NCBI GenBank assembly: GCA_965644295.1
Contig: CBFFRP010000453.1
Location: 1 to 21,279, forward strand
DNA length: 21,279 nucleotides
Source: Paraphysomonas bandaiensis
Taxonomy: Eukaryota > Protista > Chrysophyceae
Direction: 5' to 3'
Below are positions 1 to 11,936 of this stretch, piece after piece (the stretch's first letter is position 1; each line of letters opens with the position of its first letter). The notes beneath the pieces were generated by a model that was given only the letters and a program-made list of their open reading frames with translations, did no database searches and was not told the DNA's origin. Position numbers and translations under genes: made by a program.

Positions 1-532
1 TACTCTACTCATTGAATAAGATGTGTCCAAAATCAGAATTTATGAAATAAGGGATTTTCGCGAAAAATAAGTATTTTCTTCTACAACACCCTAATATTTA
101 AGATATCCGTAGTTTTTATCTGTGAATAAGCCGATATTTCCAGTTTTCACAGCAAAAAAAGGTATGTACTGTATATATGTTATATGGACAGTAATGTTGA
201 TACTATTGTACATACACAGTACGAAGTAGTATAATGGACGTGTGAGTAGATCATATGAGGATACTTTCTCAAGACGCCAATTACTAGAGTAGCTACTCGA
301 ATGGTCAATCACACTAACATATGGCCATATACGTAAGAATGTGTGGTGTATGTACAGTAGTGAGTAGTGTGTATATAATATACATGTATGCCGTTTTTTT
401 CATCAGTTGAAAGTGTGAAAAGTCATACCAGAGATAGCCAATCAAAAGTATCATATTTGGATACTTCTTTCATAAATTGAGTAAGCCAATTCATAAGTGT
501 GAGTCGTATATATACATCAATCACACACTCTC

Positions 533-680
533 TATATATATATATATGCCGTATGTATACCTATACTTACATATGATACTATAACTACATACACTTATAT
601 ACATACACATACACTTATATACATACACATACACTTATATACATACACTTATACACATACATACACATATACTCATACTA
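533..680. repeat. (TA)n tract followed by a 20-bp minisatellite ACATACACATACACTTATAT (2 full copies at 601-640 plus partial flanking copies)
   Basis: Direct reading of the sequence. Confidence 0.85.
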
Positions 681-755
681 GTGTAGTGGTAGTATATATT
701 AAACTAAGCAATATATGAATCATTATTAAAATCACACCACAGCATCTTCTTTGTA

Positions 756-781
756 CATACATGACCCATACATGACCCATA
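756..781. repeat. 11-bp tandem duplication (CATACATGACC x2 + CATA)
   Basis: Direct reading of the sequence. Confidence 0.75.
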
Positions 782-1449
782 GAGAGGGCTAGACATACTA
801 TCTATACACAGCAGAGTACATACATGTACACCACTATAGAATAATACCGTAGAAATACACTGTGCATAAATACACTATACAAAAATATTGTTTCAGTTTT
901 TAATTTTATATCAGGATTAGGTAACAGTGTAACACTATATTGCAATAGGAAATAGTATTATTGCGTTAAGTTATCAATAACGCTTGAGTTATTTCAGTTT
1001 CAGGTTTTTGGTTGCACTGACTTCATATCTAGTTTGGCATTTTATTTTATGAAATATCTAAGTCACTATCACCAGTTCACTGAGTATGAGTAGCATAAGA
1101 TGATTGCATCTAGTACATTGCATGACTTTAGAAAACGGTTAGTTCTACTATACTAAGTACCGAATACTAAATACATGCTCCAAGAATGCATTCTAAAGCT
1201 ACACTACGCAATCACAATGTAAAAAGAGCACTATTTTTAGATTTCATGATGATCCGAACAGAAAATTGTACCCATTTATATCAACAAACCAAGTCCATTA
1301 TAAAGAAGATAAAAACTTAAAATCTCAATTCGCGATTCAAACTTTCTATAACAGACAAGACACAGCAGTACCATCGCAACATGCTGATCAGCCGTCTAAC
1401 AACCACATATCCACTCCACAATTATGACAGACTAACAACAAAAACTCGT

Positions 1450-4400
1450 CTAAATGCCTAAGTCGTTCAGGGTAAAATTTATGGAATTCAAGAGATTCTC
1501 GAGATCACGCCTCGGCTGCCCGTGGTCCACACAGCTCTGTATGACAGTACCCTAGAGCACGACAAACACACATCAGAGACAGAATCGCAGTACGTCACAC
1601 ATAAATAACAGTAATTAAACTTAGCGTATACGAATAGAAACAGGACTTTAGTTGAGGATGCAAACTACCCCACACTGACCAACAGATAACATACCATTCG
1701 TTTTTTAGCCAGTTGAATTTCTTGCAGCACTGGTTTGATGATAACCGATCGTGTGACGCCATTATCAATATAAAGCTAGAATATTACGAATTGTAAGCAC
1801 CAGAAGAAGTACGCACAATGTCAATCTCATTCATGCATTAAAATACAGGGCATACTTTCCCATACCAATGCACACATGTTTATTGGGTACGGGCTACTTT
1901 TTGGATTTACTACCTTAATCATTGCACTAAACTGAGGCTTCGATTCGATACAATTTTCAACAGCTGTATTTAGCACAGTCAAAATCCTTTCTGGTTTCAC
2001 AAATTGTTGTTTCTTTAGCCCATTTCGAGCAGCTTCTGGGATCAACACCTCTTGTCCATTTAGCGCAGTTGCAGATACATCATTGGGTCCATTATGAGGT
2101 GGATTAGGTACAATATCGCCACGGTACACGGGAATATCATCACCTGACAATCATGTTACCACGTATAGTACGAATTCTAAACTGTAGCAATTACACATTC
2201 CCCAATAGACGCACAATATAACACAAGTCATGTTTAAAATGTACATCAGTGAGCCACAACAAAGTACGTGAGACAATAGGACATTTGCACAAGGCACTCA
2301 CCAATAAAAGCTGTCACTTTGGCGAGGAAACCTTCTAATGGGCCGAGCAAAAAGTGAAGAGCGCTAAACTTCAACGACTGACACGAAGTCTTGAGAACTT
2401 CGTCCATGTGTTTGCGAATATCCAGCTGAGACTCCTGCATACCTGTATACAACGAGATATCATTTCCAGCAGGTACTCAAGAGGGAAGGTAGACAACAAC
2501 ACACATTGTGATAAGCGCAAAAAAGTCGTACGGAATGTGATATTACAATGCCAGAGAAACTTACCAGGTAGGCCGTCCCGAGCCATCTGCAGTAATGAAT
2601 TCCCACCATCAAATCGCAGCAAACTTCTAGAGTTCCCCATAAACGCCGACAATGCAGTGCTTGTTGGTTTAAAATCAAGGTGCTTAGTAATAGTCATGAG
2701 ATTCATGTCAAAGGGCATAAGCTGTTCTCTAAGGATAAGTAGATGGCGAACCAGGAACAGGTCTCCGTGAATTTGAGTTTTCCACCTTGAAGAAATCGAT
2801 GTGTTAGGGTATTCAACATGCAGTATACAAATATACAAGTGTCCTGTATCTCTCATAAGGACCAATGAAACATTGGAGTTCATAATGTAAGAGTACAACA
2901 TGCCGTGCTGGCCAATACCTGCGGACTCCAGCAGCACCTTTCTGAAGGCATTGCAAACAAGACGTTACAGCCCTTCTTGCAATATCTTCAAATACTGGCG
3001 TGCTAACTGCGCCATAGAGCTGAGAGAGAAGTGACAGGGTGTCTTTGAGCGGTGGAAACCAAGTAGATGAGAGGACATCTTCTGAGTCACTGGACGCCTT
3101 TTCAAGAATATCAGGGTATGCCAGCTGACTTGGCAAAGGATCAAACATTTGAATCTGATACAGCGGGGTTACATTAATCGCCATATCTTATGAGATTTAC
3201 CTGTTGTCTTATGCAAACCTCGGAGCAATACAGTAACCTTTCTCTCGCATCAGATACGGTACCTCGAAGGTTGGCTTCTAGTAAATCGAACACGCTCTTC
3301 GACAGTCTCGTAGCCTGTAACTGACTGGAAACATCCTGAGTAAGAGTCAGGATTACTCGGCAGAGGCTTTCCACAGAGGTTTCGCGGATAATGAGTGTCC
3401 TAAGTTGACCATTGATGAGACTAGATATTTCTGCTACAATTTGTGTAACTTCAGAATTTTCTTCGCCGTCAGGAATTTCGTCAGATTCAGAAATATCAGA
3501 CGTGTGTCTCTTTAAGACGGACTGTGACTGGGAGCTATCGTTACTACTATGTTTTGGAGAGTTTATCACAGCTCCGCCACTAGGTTTCCTAAAGAGAGAG
3601 ACATACAACTGCTGCTCCAGTTGAGCAGCCCGGAAAATAAGACCATACGCGCTGCGTATAGAGCTACAGAGTGCAGATGTCGATGAACTTTCCCCTGCGT
3701 CATGCCCTGATCCTACCTTATGCCTTAACGCATCTCCTGCAACCCCCCACGAGGAGTCTTTAATTACTGGCAACAAGAGCTCACACCGTAACGCTGCATA
3801 TGCCTTAAGAACTTCACTCAATGCGGTCCCACCAAACTCCCCTCCGTCTTGGCGGTGCGCATAATCCGACGACGACAAGGCGGTTTTCCCCGAGTTCAAA
3901 CGACGTCGCCACTCTGTCTCCAGCGCACCGTTTTCATGAGAAAACTCACTGCAACGCAGCATATCACATAGTTCTCGCATGCGGAACCCCAGCCCTCTAA
4001 ATTTGGTGTACAGATACATGGACTCCAAAGGAGTGTGAGAAGTTGGATCACTTGTTCCTGCGTGGTACAAGACACAAAGTAAACATATAGCAGAAAAGGG
4101 GTTAATACTGCGAGATAATACGGCTTTTGACAAAGATTTCATCCATCCATACGCAAATTGCAAATAGTTGCATTATCCGAACAGAGATATATATATATAA
4201 CACGTATATCTATCTCCATATGTATACACTTAAAACTGAATAAATACCATGTACTACTATGTTTACTATTTCCCTTACCTGTGTTCTTCTTGGCATCCCT
4301 AACAGCCTGGTCCTCTCTACATGCTCTTGCTGCGCCTTCCATTAGTTCTCCCATTGCCTTTGCAGTCATGCTATCTGCCCGCCTTTGCAGTTGCCATAAC

Positions 4401-5351
4401 CAGGTCATATACTTGTCGGCATCCTTGATATCGGGGTGGGCATGTAGACATCGTATCGCATGAGCAGTGCGTGTCAGAATGTCTTTAAAAGCTGCACTGC
4501 GAGGATCTACGTGCTGCTGGTGCGACGGAACCGATACTGGCCGACCAGCAGCGTCGACAGGAATGCCAAGGGCACTTGCAACGGCCTCAACCTCATTGAA
4601 AGGTGTAATTATCTCTTTCAGCTTCTCAGTGATCATTGCCAGTGAATGCTACAGGAAGTCAACAAGAGGTCAAGTCAAATTATAAATGCATAAAAATATC
4701 AACAACACGTTACATCACATACGGCTAGATATTCATATATAGACACGGTATATCAATTATCTACCAGTTCATCACTAGCATCACTGTTACGCCAAACACA
4801 ATACACTCTCTACATATCCACCATACAACTCACATACTATACCATACTACACCATATATCATACATCCTACATCATACTGTACTGCATTACACATAATAC
4901 TATCCACGCACTATACAGAATGTTATACATCACACAAAGCCCCCCATAAATGCATACACCCTTTTATATCCCATCATAAGACATCAACCCATATCACACC
5001 ATCAATTCTAATCCTCTAATATCTTACCTGTTGTTCCAATAGAGCTTCACAGTTATTCATTAATACATTTGTACGTCCAGTAATCTCCTTATGACTATCA
5101 CCCACTTCATCTAATATCCCTAATATATCATCTAATCTACATATAAATTCACTACATGATGATTCTACTGATGTTAACGATGTATATAATGAGTTATATT
5201 CATGAGTTGATTGGATAGATATACGGTTAGATCCTATAGATGGAGATGTAGGGGGAGATGAGGCATATGAGGGGGATAGAAGAGTGTCCAGGGCTTGGAG
5301 GTGGGTGGATAGTGTAGAGGAAGGAAGGGATGTGTCCCAGAGAGATGACAT
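1450..5351 (-). CDS. COG3: Conserved oligomeric Golgi complex subunit 3 (COG3/Sec34), 9 exons, ~853 aa
   Basis: Exons (minus): 5351-5028, 4648-4279, 4057-3201, 3154-2919, 2785-2565, 2442-2302, 2143-1914, 1775-1695, 1551-1450. All introns are GT..AG with matching phases, and the total of 2562 nt is 854 codons ending in TAG. COG3-typical motifs: NCEALLEQQ...ITEKLKEIITPFNEVE, HPDIKDADKY, LYTKFR, DARERLLYCSEVCIRQQI..FDP...LAYPDIL, TWFPPLKDTLSLLSQLY, HGDLFLVRHLLILREQLMPFD, LYIDNGVTRSVIIKPV. Confidence 0.93.
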
Positions 5352-5628
5352 GAGTGTGTATGGTAGATGAAATAGATGAGATACTTAATACTAACAACAC
5401 TGTGACAACATCACATAAAATATGCATGTATGTATGTATGTATGTATGTATGTATGTATGTATGTATGTATGTATGTATGTATGTATGTATGTATGTATG
5501 TATGTATGTATGTATGTATGTATGTATGTATGTATGTATGTATGTATGTATGTAGGTATGTATGTAGGTTTGTATGTATGTATGTATGTATGTATGTATG
5601 TATGTATGTATGTATGTATGTATGTATG

Positions 5629-5660
<32 letters not shown>

Positions 5661-5814
5661 TGTATGTATGTATGTATGTATGTATGTATGTATGTATGTA
5701 TGTATGTATGTATGTATGTATGTATGTATGTATGTATGTATGTATGTATGTATGTATGTATGTATGTATGTATGTATGTATGTATGTATGTATGTATGTA
5801 TGTATGTATGTATG

Positions 5815-5848
<34 letters not shown>

Positions 5849-6628
5849 TGTATGTATGTATGTATGTATGTATGTATGTATGTATGTATGTATGTATGTA
5901 TGTATGTATGTATGTATGTATGTATGTATGTATGGTATGTATGTATGTATGTATGTATGTATGTATGTATGTATGTATGTATGTATGTATGTATGTATGT
6001 ATGTATGTATGTATGTATGTATGTATGTATGTATGTATGTATGTATGTATGTATGTATGTATGTATGTATGTATGTATGTATGTATGTATGTATGTATGT
6101 ATGTATGTATGTATGTATGTATGTATGTATGTATGTATGTATGTATGTATGTATGTATGTATGTATGTATGTATGTATGTATGTATGTATGTATGTATGT
6201 ATGTATGTATGTATGTATGTATGTATGTATGTATGTATGTATGTATGTATGTATGTATGTATGTATGTATGTATGTATGTATGTATGTATGTATGTATGT
6301 ATGTATGTATGTATGTATGTATGTATGTATGTATGTATGTATGTATGTATGTATGTAGTATGGTATACATATGACTATCTCTCAGCATATGTATGTATGT
6401 CTATCTCTGTGTATGATCTTCACACTCTCTACTCTACTCTACCATACTATCATCCCCATCTCACTCCTCTCATCTTCCTCCTCCTACACCATATACATAC
6501 ATATCTCCCTCTCATTCATCATATATACAAACTCAATTCTATTAAAACACAGAGATATTCAGAGGGCCTTATTAAGACCTCAATGATCTTAATGGGATAT
6601 ATATATATATATATCATATAATCATAAC
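5352..6628. promoter_or_regulatory. Divergent (bidirectional) promoter region between COG3 and the PH-kinase gene
   Basis: Lies between the head-to-head ATGs at 5351 (-) and 6629 (+). Function is inferred from position only. Confidence 0.55.
5421..6357. repeat. Long (TATG)n/(CATA)n tetranucleotide array, ~935 bp, ~230 units
   Basis: Nearly perfect array with interruptions near 5425, 5555-5570 (TAGG, TTTG), 5630, 5818 and 5934. It produces the spurious MYVC/YIHT ORFs. Confidence 0.99.
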
Positions 6629-9600
6629 ATGTCCGCATGGGATAGTTTTATGACAGGTACGGGTTACATGTCACCCGGATTACATACAAAAGGTGATAAA
6701 GATATAAAGAAAACATCCAGTTTAACAGATATTGATACTATACTTGATAATGGACATCCAATAGATCATATAGAAGGGACACAAGAGGACATTGAGGGGA
6801 ATGTAATACATGGAGTTACACAAGAAAGAATTGCAAATATGTTTCAAAGAACTTATTATACTGAACATGAAAAATTATCACGTGGACAACCTGCAGAGCA
6901 TCCCATATTGAATGCAGATATACGACATGAGGATAGTGAAGTATTTATCACAGGTGAATTGCTTCATGCAGATCAATCGGAGAACCCCAAAACATGGGAT
7001 GATTATTTTGATATTCTAGTGGAACAGTTGCATGATCCTGAAAAGAAAGTTGCAACTCCCCTGGCTATGTCACCCGAAGCCTTGTCCACTATACCTGAGG
7101 AACGTTCTCCTTACCCCGAAGATGATGAGGCACAAACCGACCCCCAACTACCATCATTTGTTCCAGCACGTCAGGAGCAGGGCACCTCTGGTCATCCCTT
7201 CAATACTTCTGTGGGCGCCACAGGCATAGGCAAAATCGATAAAGAGCACTCTGCGAAAGGTGGAAGTTTGTTCGGTAATATGGACTGGAACTCAGGGACA
7301 GCAGAGGGTGCTACTAATGAAGACATGTTTGTTATACCAGAGGACGCCGACGATGACTTTGTTGTCGGCCTTCTAGATCCACAGAACACTCCAGGTGATT
7401 TAAAATTTGAAGGCTGGGTTGTAGTGTCATTCGCTCGTATATCTCTCTCGATGTAGTGTACTTGTGTTTGGTTTCTGATATATATGAACAGGAACATCTC
7501 CACCGGAAGCTCTTGGAAAAATTCCTGACCAAATGCCTCATGCAAGTGTGCAGACAGACACAGTACCTCGCCCAGTACCGACGTTAATCTCTGTATCTGC
7601 GAAGAGCTACTTAGGTACCCATGTCATGTGTGTTGGAATGAACTCATATTTATTGCATTTCTCTGGTATCGAGCTTGTGGGGTGTTGTATGGGCGTTTGT
7701 GTTTTTGTTTACATGTACATCGTGTTATTTTATACGTCTACAGGTGATGAGCTGAGCCACCATCAAGGTGGCGTATTTTCCAAGGACATGTTTTCGCGTG
7801 TTCCTGACTCCATGAAGCGTGTCCATTCCATGAGCAAGCTTGACAGAGCAGCGGGTACTGGTGCACCGACTACTCGTCGCCCATGTTTGCTACCGATGCC
7901 AGGTTACGTGGACCCCACTGCTGTTTCGTCTGACACACCGCTAGATCTCTCAACTTTGCTGCAATCTATTCCGAACGAGGGGTGGATTTTGCCATACATC
8001 ATAGCAGGGGCAGTACTGTTGTCTGAGACAGATAAAACGTCAAAGAAGTCAGCGACAAAGTTCTCGAATGTGGCATTCAGAGATCGATCGGAGTTAAGAA
8101 ATAGGAAATTGGTGTCTAGTATGGACGATATGCAAATGCTTGCGAGTCGTCGAAAACAGAGCACTTCCGGAAGAACTCTTAGACGAGATATATCCATCGA
8201 GGAATTGAAAGATGGTACTGGGACCTGTACATCAGGCCGGCCTCGCACACGCAGCGATGATGAAATTGCATCCACTTCGACGCCTCCGCGGCTTCAATCG
8301 GTGGGTGGAGGGGGCACACGTATCGGAAGTCTGTTTCATATTGGTCGTCATGACGATGTCACACTTGATGATAGCCATTATCAACCATCGAAGGAAGAGA
8401 TAATAGAGCAAGAACAGGCATATTCCAAAATGGAGTCTCGGATGAATTCTCACGGAAGTCACCGAAGTTTGTTTCAATTGGGTCGACAAAAGGCAGAGAA
8501 ACCTAACGATTTAGACGATAGTCGCTATCGGTTGACTCCTGCAGAAGTGTCAGACCTGGATATTGCAAAGACTGATTATGTGCGACAGCTGTCAAATGCC
8601 AAGAGTCAAACGAATTCAAATAGTACTGCGAATTGTCCAACGAGTACGAACAAAGCCATGTACTCCGCAGACAAAGAGTGTTTACCTACATGTCGTTCTG
8701 GTACCGGTGATTTGCGAGATATGACAGGGTCGCACGCTGATGGTGAGGGGAAAGGTAAGCACGAAGAGCAATATTCAAGGGGTGCTTCATATCCTCGCAA
8801 ACACATCTTGGACGATTCATCTGTAGATACTTGTAGACACGACTCATCATCCAAACCTTATAAACTTGAGAAATCGACACAAAGTAATTACAAAAGTATA
8901 TTTAGTCGGAATAAGCCTAACAGAGACGATGAATTGGACGACAGTCATATTAGGGATAAGGATGATTACGAAGACTCCCAAGTGGTGAGCAAATCGCATC
9001 AAAACACGAGAGAATATGGATATCATTCTCGAGGTCTCTTTAGAAGAAAACCGAAAGACGATGATTTAGATGATAATGATACTAGGGAAAAAACAAGTGA
9101 TGCGGATGAACTTTGTATTTCAAAACATTCAGAAAAGAGTTCATATAAACGTGGAATATTTCGCCGGTCACAAAAAGAAAAAGAAGAACCCCATACAACT
9201 GGATCACCTGTCCAGGTGAGGGACTTGCGAGAAAACATCACTTCAATGAAGAGTTCGAGTACGGACAATTTTGCTACTGGAAACAATGACGGGCAGCAAC
9301 ATCCCGTGGGGCTTCTAGGAGGGTTGTTACAACGTATCCGCAGTCACGACGATCAATATAACTCTCCTGATGATAGTGTACATGGGGATTTAGTTCTTTC
9401 ACATGATAAAGATGGTGTGTATTTAACGAGTAAACCAGATCACACAACGCATTCTAAACATTCGGCCCCACCAACGGTGGCAAGTCTTTCCCCATCTAAT
9501 GATGATGAAATCATGATGGAGATCGGGAAACATTCTGAACTGCCGAAGTTCATGCAATTTCTATTTTTGTTTCCTAATTTTCATAGACTGGGTACGATAT

Positions 9601-11936
9601 TCGCCTGTAAGAATCCCCCGTGGGGTGAATGGGAAAGGCGACGGTTTTTCCTTTGGGACAACTATATTTTTGAGGCTCTTGCAGATGATGACGGTATGCC
9701 CATTGGGTATGCTAATTTGAGTGCTGCCAAGGTGGCAATACACAGGGATAAGAGAGTGCGAGGTAAGTTGTTAATAAGAAATTTATATTCCACTTGTGTG
9801 AATGTATATGGCAAGAGTTTAGTAAAGAGATTCTATTATAGGTTTGTTGTTATTGCAGTAAAGCTTAGACTTGATATTGTAATTGTGTTTTGTATTAGCA
9901 CAAGTATACTGTTGATAATATATATTAGCCGTTGTAAGTTTTTTATATTCAGGTCGAAGTGATGCAGGGCACCCCCAAGATCCCGATTATATGATACGAT
10001 TGCAGTATTACTGCTCAACAGATGTCGCCTCCCCGAAAGAGGAAATATTTCTCTGTAGTAAGAACCGCACCTACACTGACGAAGTATTTCAGAGACTAAT
10101 CTTGGCCTCGAAAATGACAGTCAAAGATGTGTATGCTTTCGAGGAGTCACGACCACCTCTTGGTATAGGTAAGGAGTTATGACTTGGTTTTTGAGTGTGT
10201 GCTGACGTTGATATATATGCATAGGTCGTTATGCCTTCGTACACCGGGCCGTGAACCGAAGACTTCGAGAGAAGATCGTTGCTAGCAGCTCTGATTCTGA
10301 TAGTGACGTTGCGCCGACGGGGCAGTCACCGTTGGCAAGGTAAGTCTATTTGTTAATGATTCTTTTTGTGGGATTGAATTTGCTGTGCATTTGAAGCAGT
10401 ACTATTTTCATGTTTCTTATTTCTATGTTGTCATAGATCGTCGTCATACTTTAGTCGAAGAAACTATGGTTCAGATAATAAGCTTGACCGGAATGCTCAT
10501 ATGCCCTATTCTGAGGGCGATCTTCTCTCCAATGAGAGCTTGACAGGTTTAAATTCCATGGCAGGTGCGTCCACTGATATCTATTTTACACTTTGATGCA
10601 GTAGCGTAGCGTTAAAACATGATCATATGCTTTCAATGTAGTTTACGTTTTTTTTCGCGACGATGTATATACAGGTCAATGTGCCTTGAAACTTATAAAT
10701 AAGCGTGAGTTCTGGTCTCAAGTTAATAGTGGCAAAGAGCGGAAAGATACCCTTGTACGAGAAGTGCTAGCGCAGAGTCAACTCATAAACGCGGTGATAT
10801 CAGCAGGCCAAGAGTCAATAGATGATGTTGATGAGGTGACTTTGTCTGAAATGGAGCTGCCCGTTGTACAGCTGAATGGTATCATGGAGACAAGGTAAAC
10901 TCATGCTCCCATTTATACTGCTTGAACTCTTCTCTATTGACACGGTTTTATGTTACCGTGTATGTTCCACGTTGATTATTGTGTACTACATGCGCGACAG
11001 AAGATGGTTGATCCTAACACTATTTTCAGAGAGAACTTTGTGATTGATATGGAGCTTATGAAGTCTAATAATCTTTTCGACAAGCTATCTGAAGAGGGTG
11101 CCTTCAAGGAGAAACATGTCAAGCACATTGCTATCCAGCTCGTACAAGCTGTTGCACTCTGTCAGGCAAACCATATCGCCCATCGAGATATCAAACTATC
11201 TAACATTACTTTCCCTGAACGAATGAACGAGAACTTACTGTTGTCTCGTGCAAAGCACCCACCCATGCAGATAAAACTAGCAGACTTCGGAATGGCCGGA
11301 TTTTTAGAAAAAGATGGCTGCCTCAGAGGGCGGTGCGGCACTCCAGGGTATGTAGCGCCGGAGATATTTCGATCAGGAGTGCGCGAAGGGTATTCATTGA
11401 ATGTAGACATGTTTTCGGTAAGTAATGCGTGTACTATACCCACCTCAACGATATGCAGACACCTAAGGATATTGTACTATCTTAAATATGTATAATGCTC
11501 TGACCTACTGTATATTACACTGTGACTTGCGTATATACAGATATCTCGCTAGGGATTCTTCATTTATATACTATCTTATAATGTTTCGCGCTATTTTATA
11601 TCTACAGATACATTGTACCTGACGATATACTGTGTATAGGTTGGTGTATGTCTCTACAGTCTCTTGTGCGGATATGAGCCGTTTCAAGGAGAAACTATTC
11701 AAGACATTATAAATGCCAACAAATCTCTCCTATTTACTTTTGATTCACCAGAATGGAGCCGAGTAAGCGACGAGGCGATAGACTTTGTGTATCGCGCTAT
11801 GTCACCATCTGCTAGAGACCGACTTACCGTTCATGAGGCCTTGGACCACCCCTGGATGAATCACTATGCGGGTACCATAAACTACCCTCCTAAGTTCAAG
11901 CATACACGGCAGAATAGGGGATGTGTGGTTTCATAA
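6629..11936 (+). CDS. PH-domain-containing CAMK-group Ser/Thr kinase with long disordered N-terminus and C-terminal CaaX, 9 exons, ~1423 aa
   Basis: Exons: 6629-7394, 7492-7614, 7744-9762, 9953-10168, 10225-10339, 10437-10564, 10675-10894, 11030-11417, 11640-11936. All are GT..AG and phase-consistent (4272 nt). Kinase motifs: LGIGRYAFV (Gly loop, split by an intron), CALK, VRE (alphaC), HRDIKLSN, LADFG, RCGTPGYVAPE, VDMFSVG, LCGYEPF, EALDHPW. PH-like segment LGTIFACKNPPWGEWERRRFFLWDNYIFE...PIGYANL...EIFLCS..TDEVFQRLILA. Ends CVVS*. Linkage of exons 1-2 to the rest is less certain than the 3' part. Confidence 0.85.

Noticed and set aside
587-660. 20-bp repeats as CRISPR-like repeats
   Set aside because: Head-to-tail low-complexity copies with no unique spacers.
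1827-5351. Separate minus-strand ORFs as independent genes or a frameshifted pseudogene
   Set aside because: All join through canonical phase-matched introns into one COG3 CDS.
5421-6357. Array as a CRISPR locus or telomere
   Set aside because: The unit is 4 bp with no spacers, the position is internal between genes, and the context is eukaryotic.
5354-6621. Long MYVC/YIHT repeat ORFs (266-399 aa)
   Set aside because: They are translations of the stop-free TATG array, open in several frames on both strands.
9763-9962. Hydrophobic C-terminus of the 809-aa ORF as a TM anchor
   Set aside because: It is read-through of an intron (G|GTAAGT...TTCAG|) that interrupts the PH-like domain.
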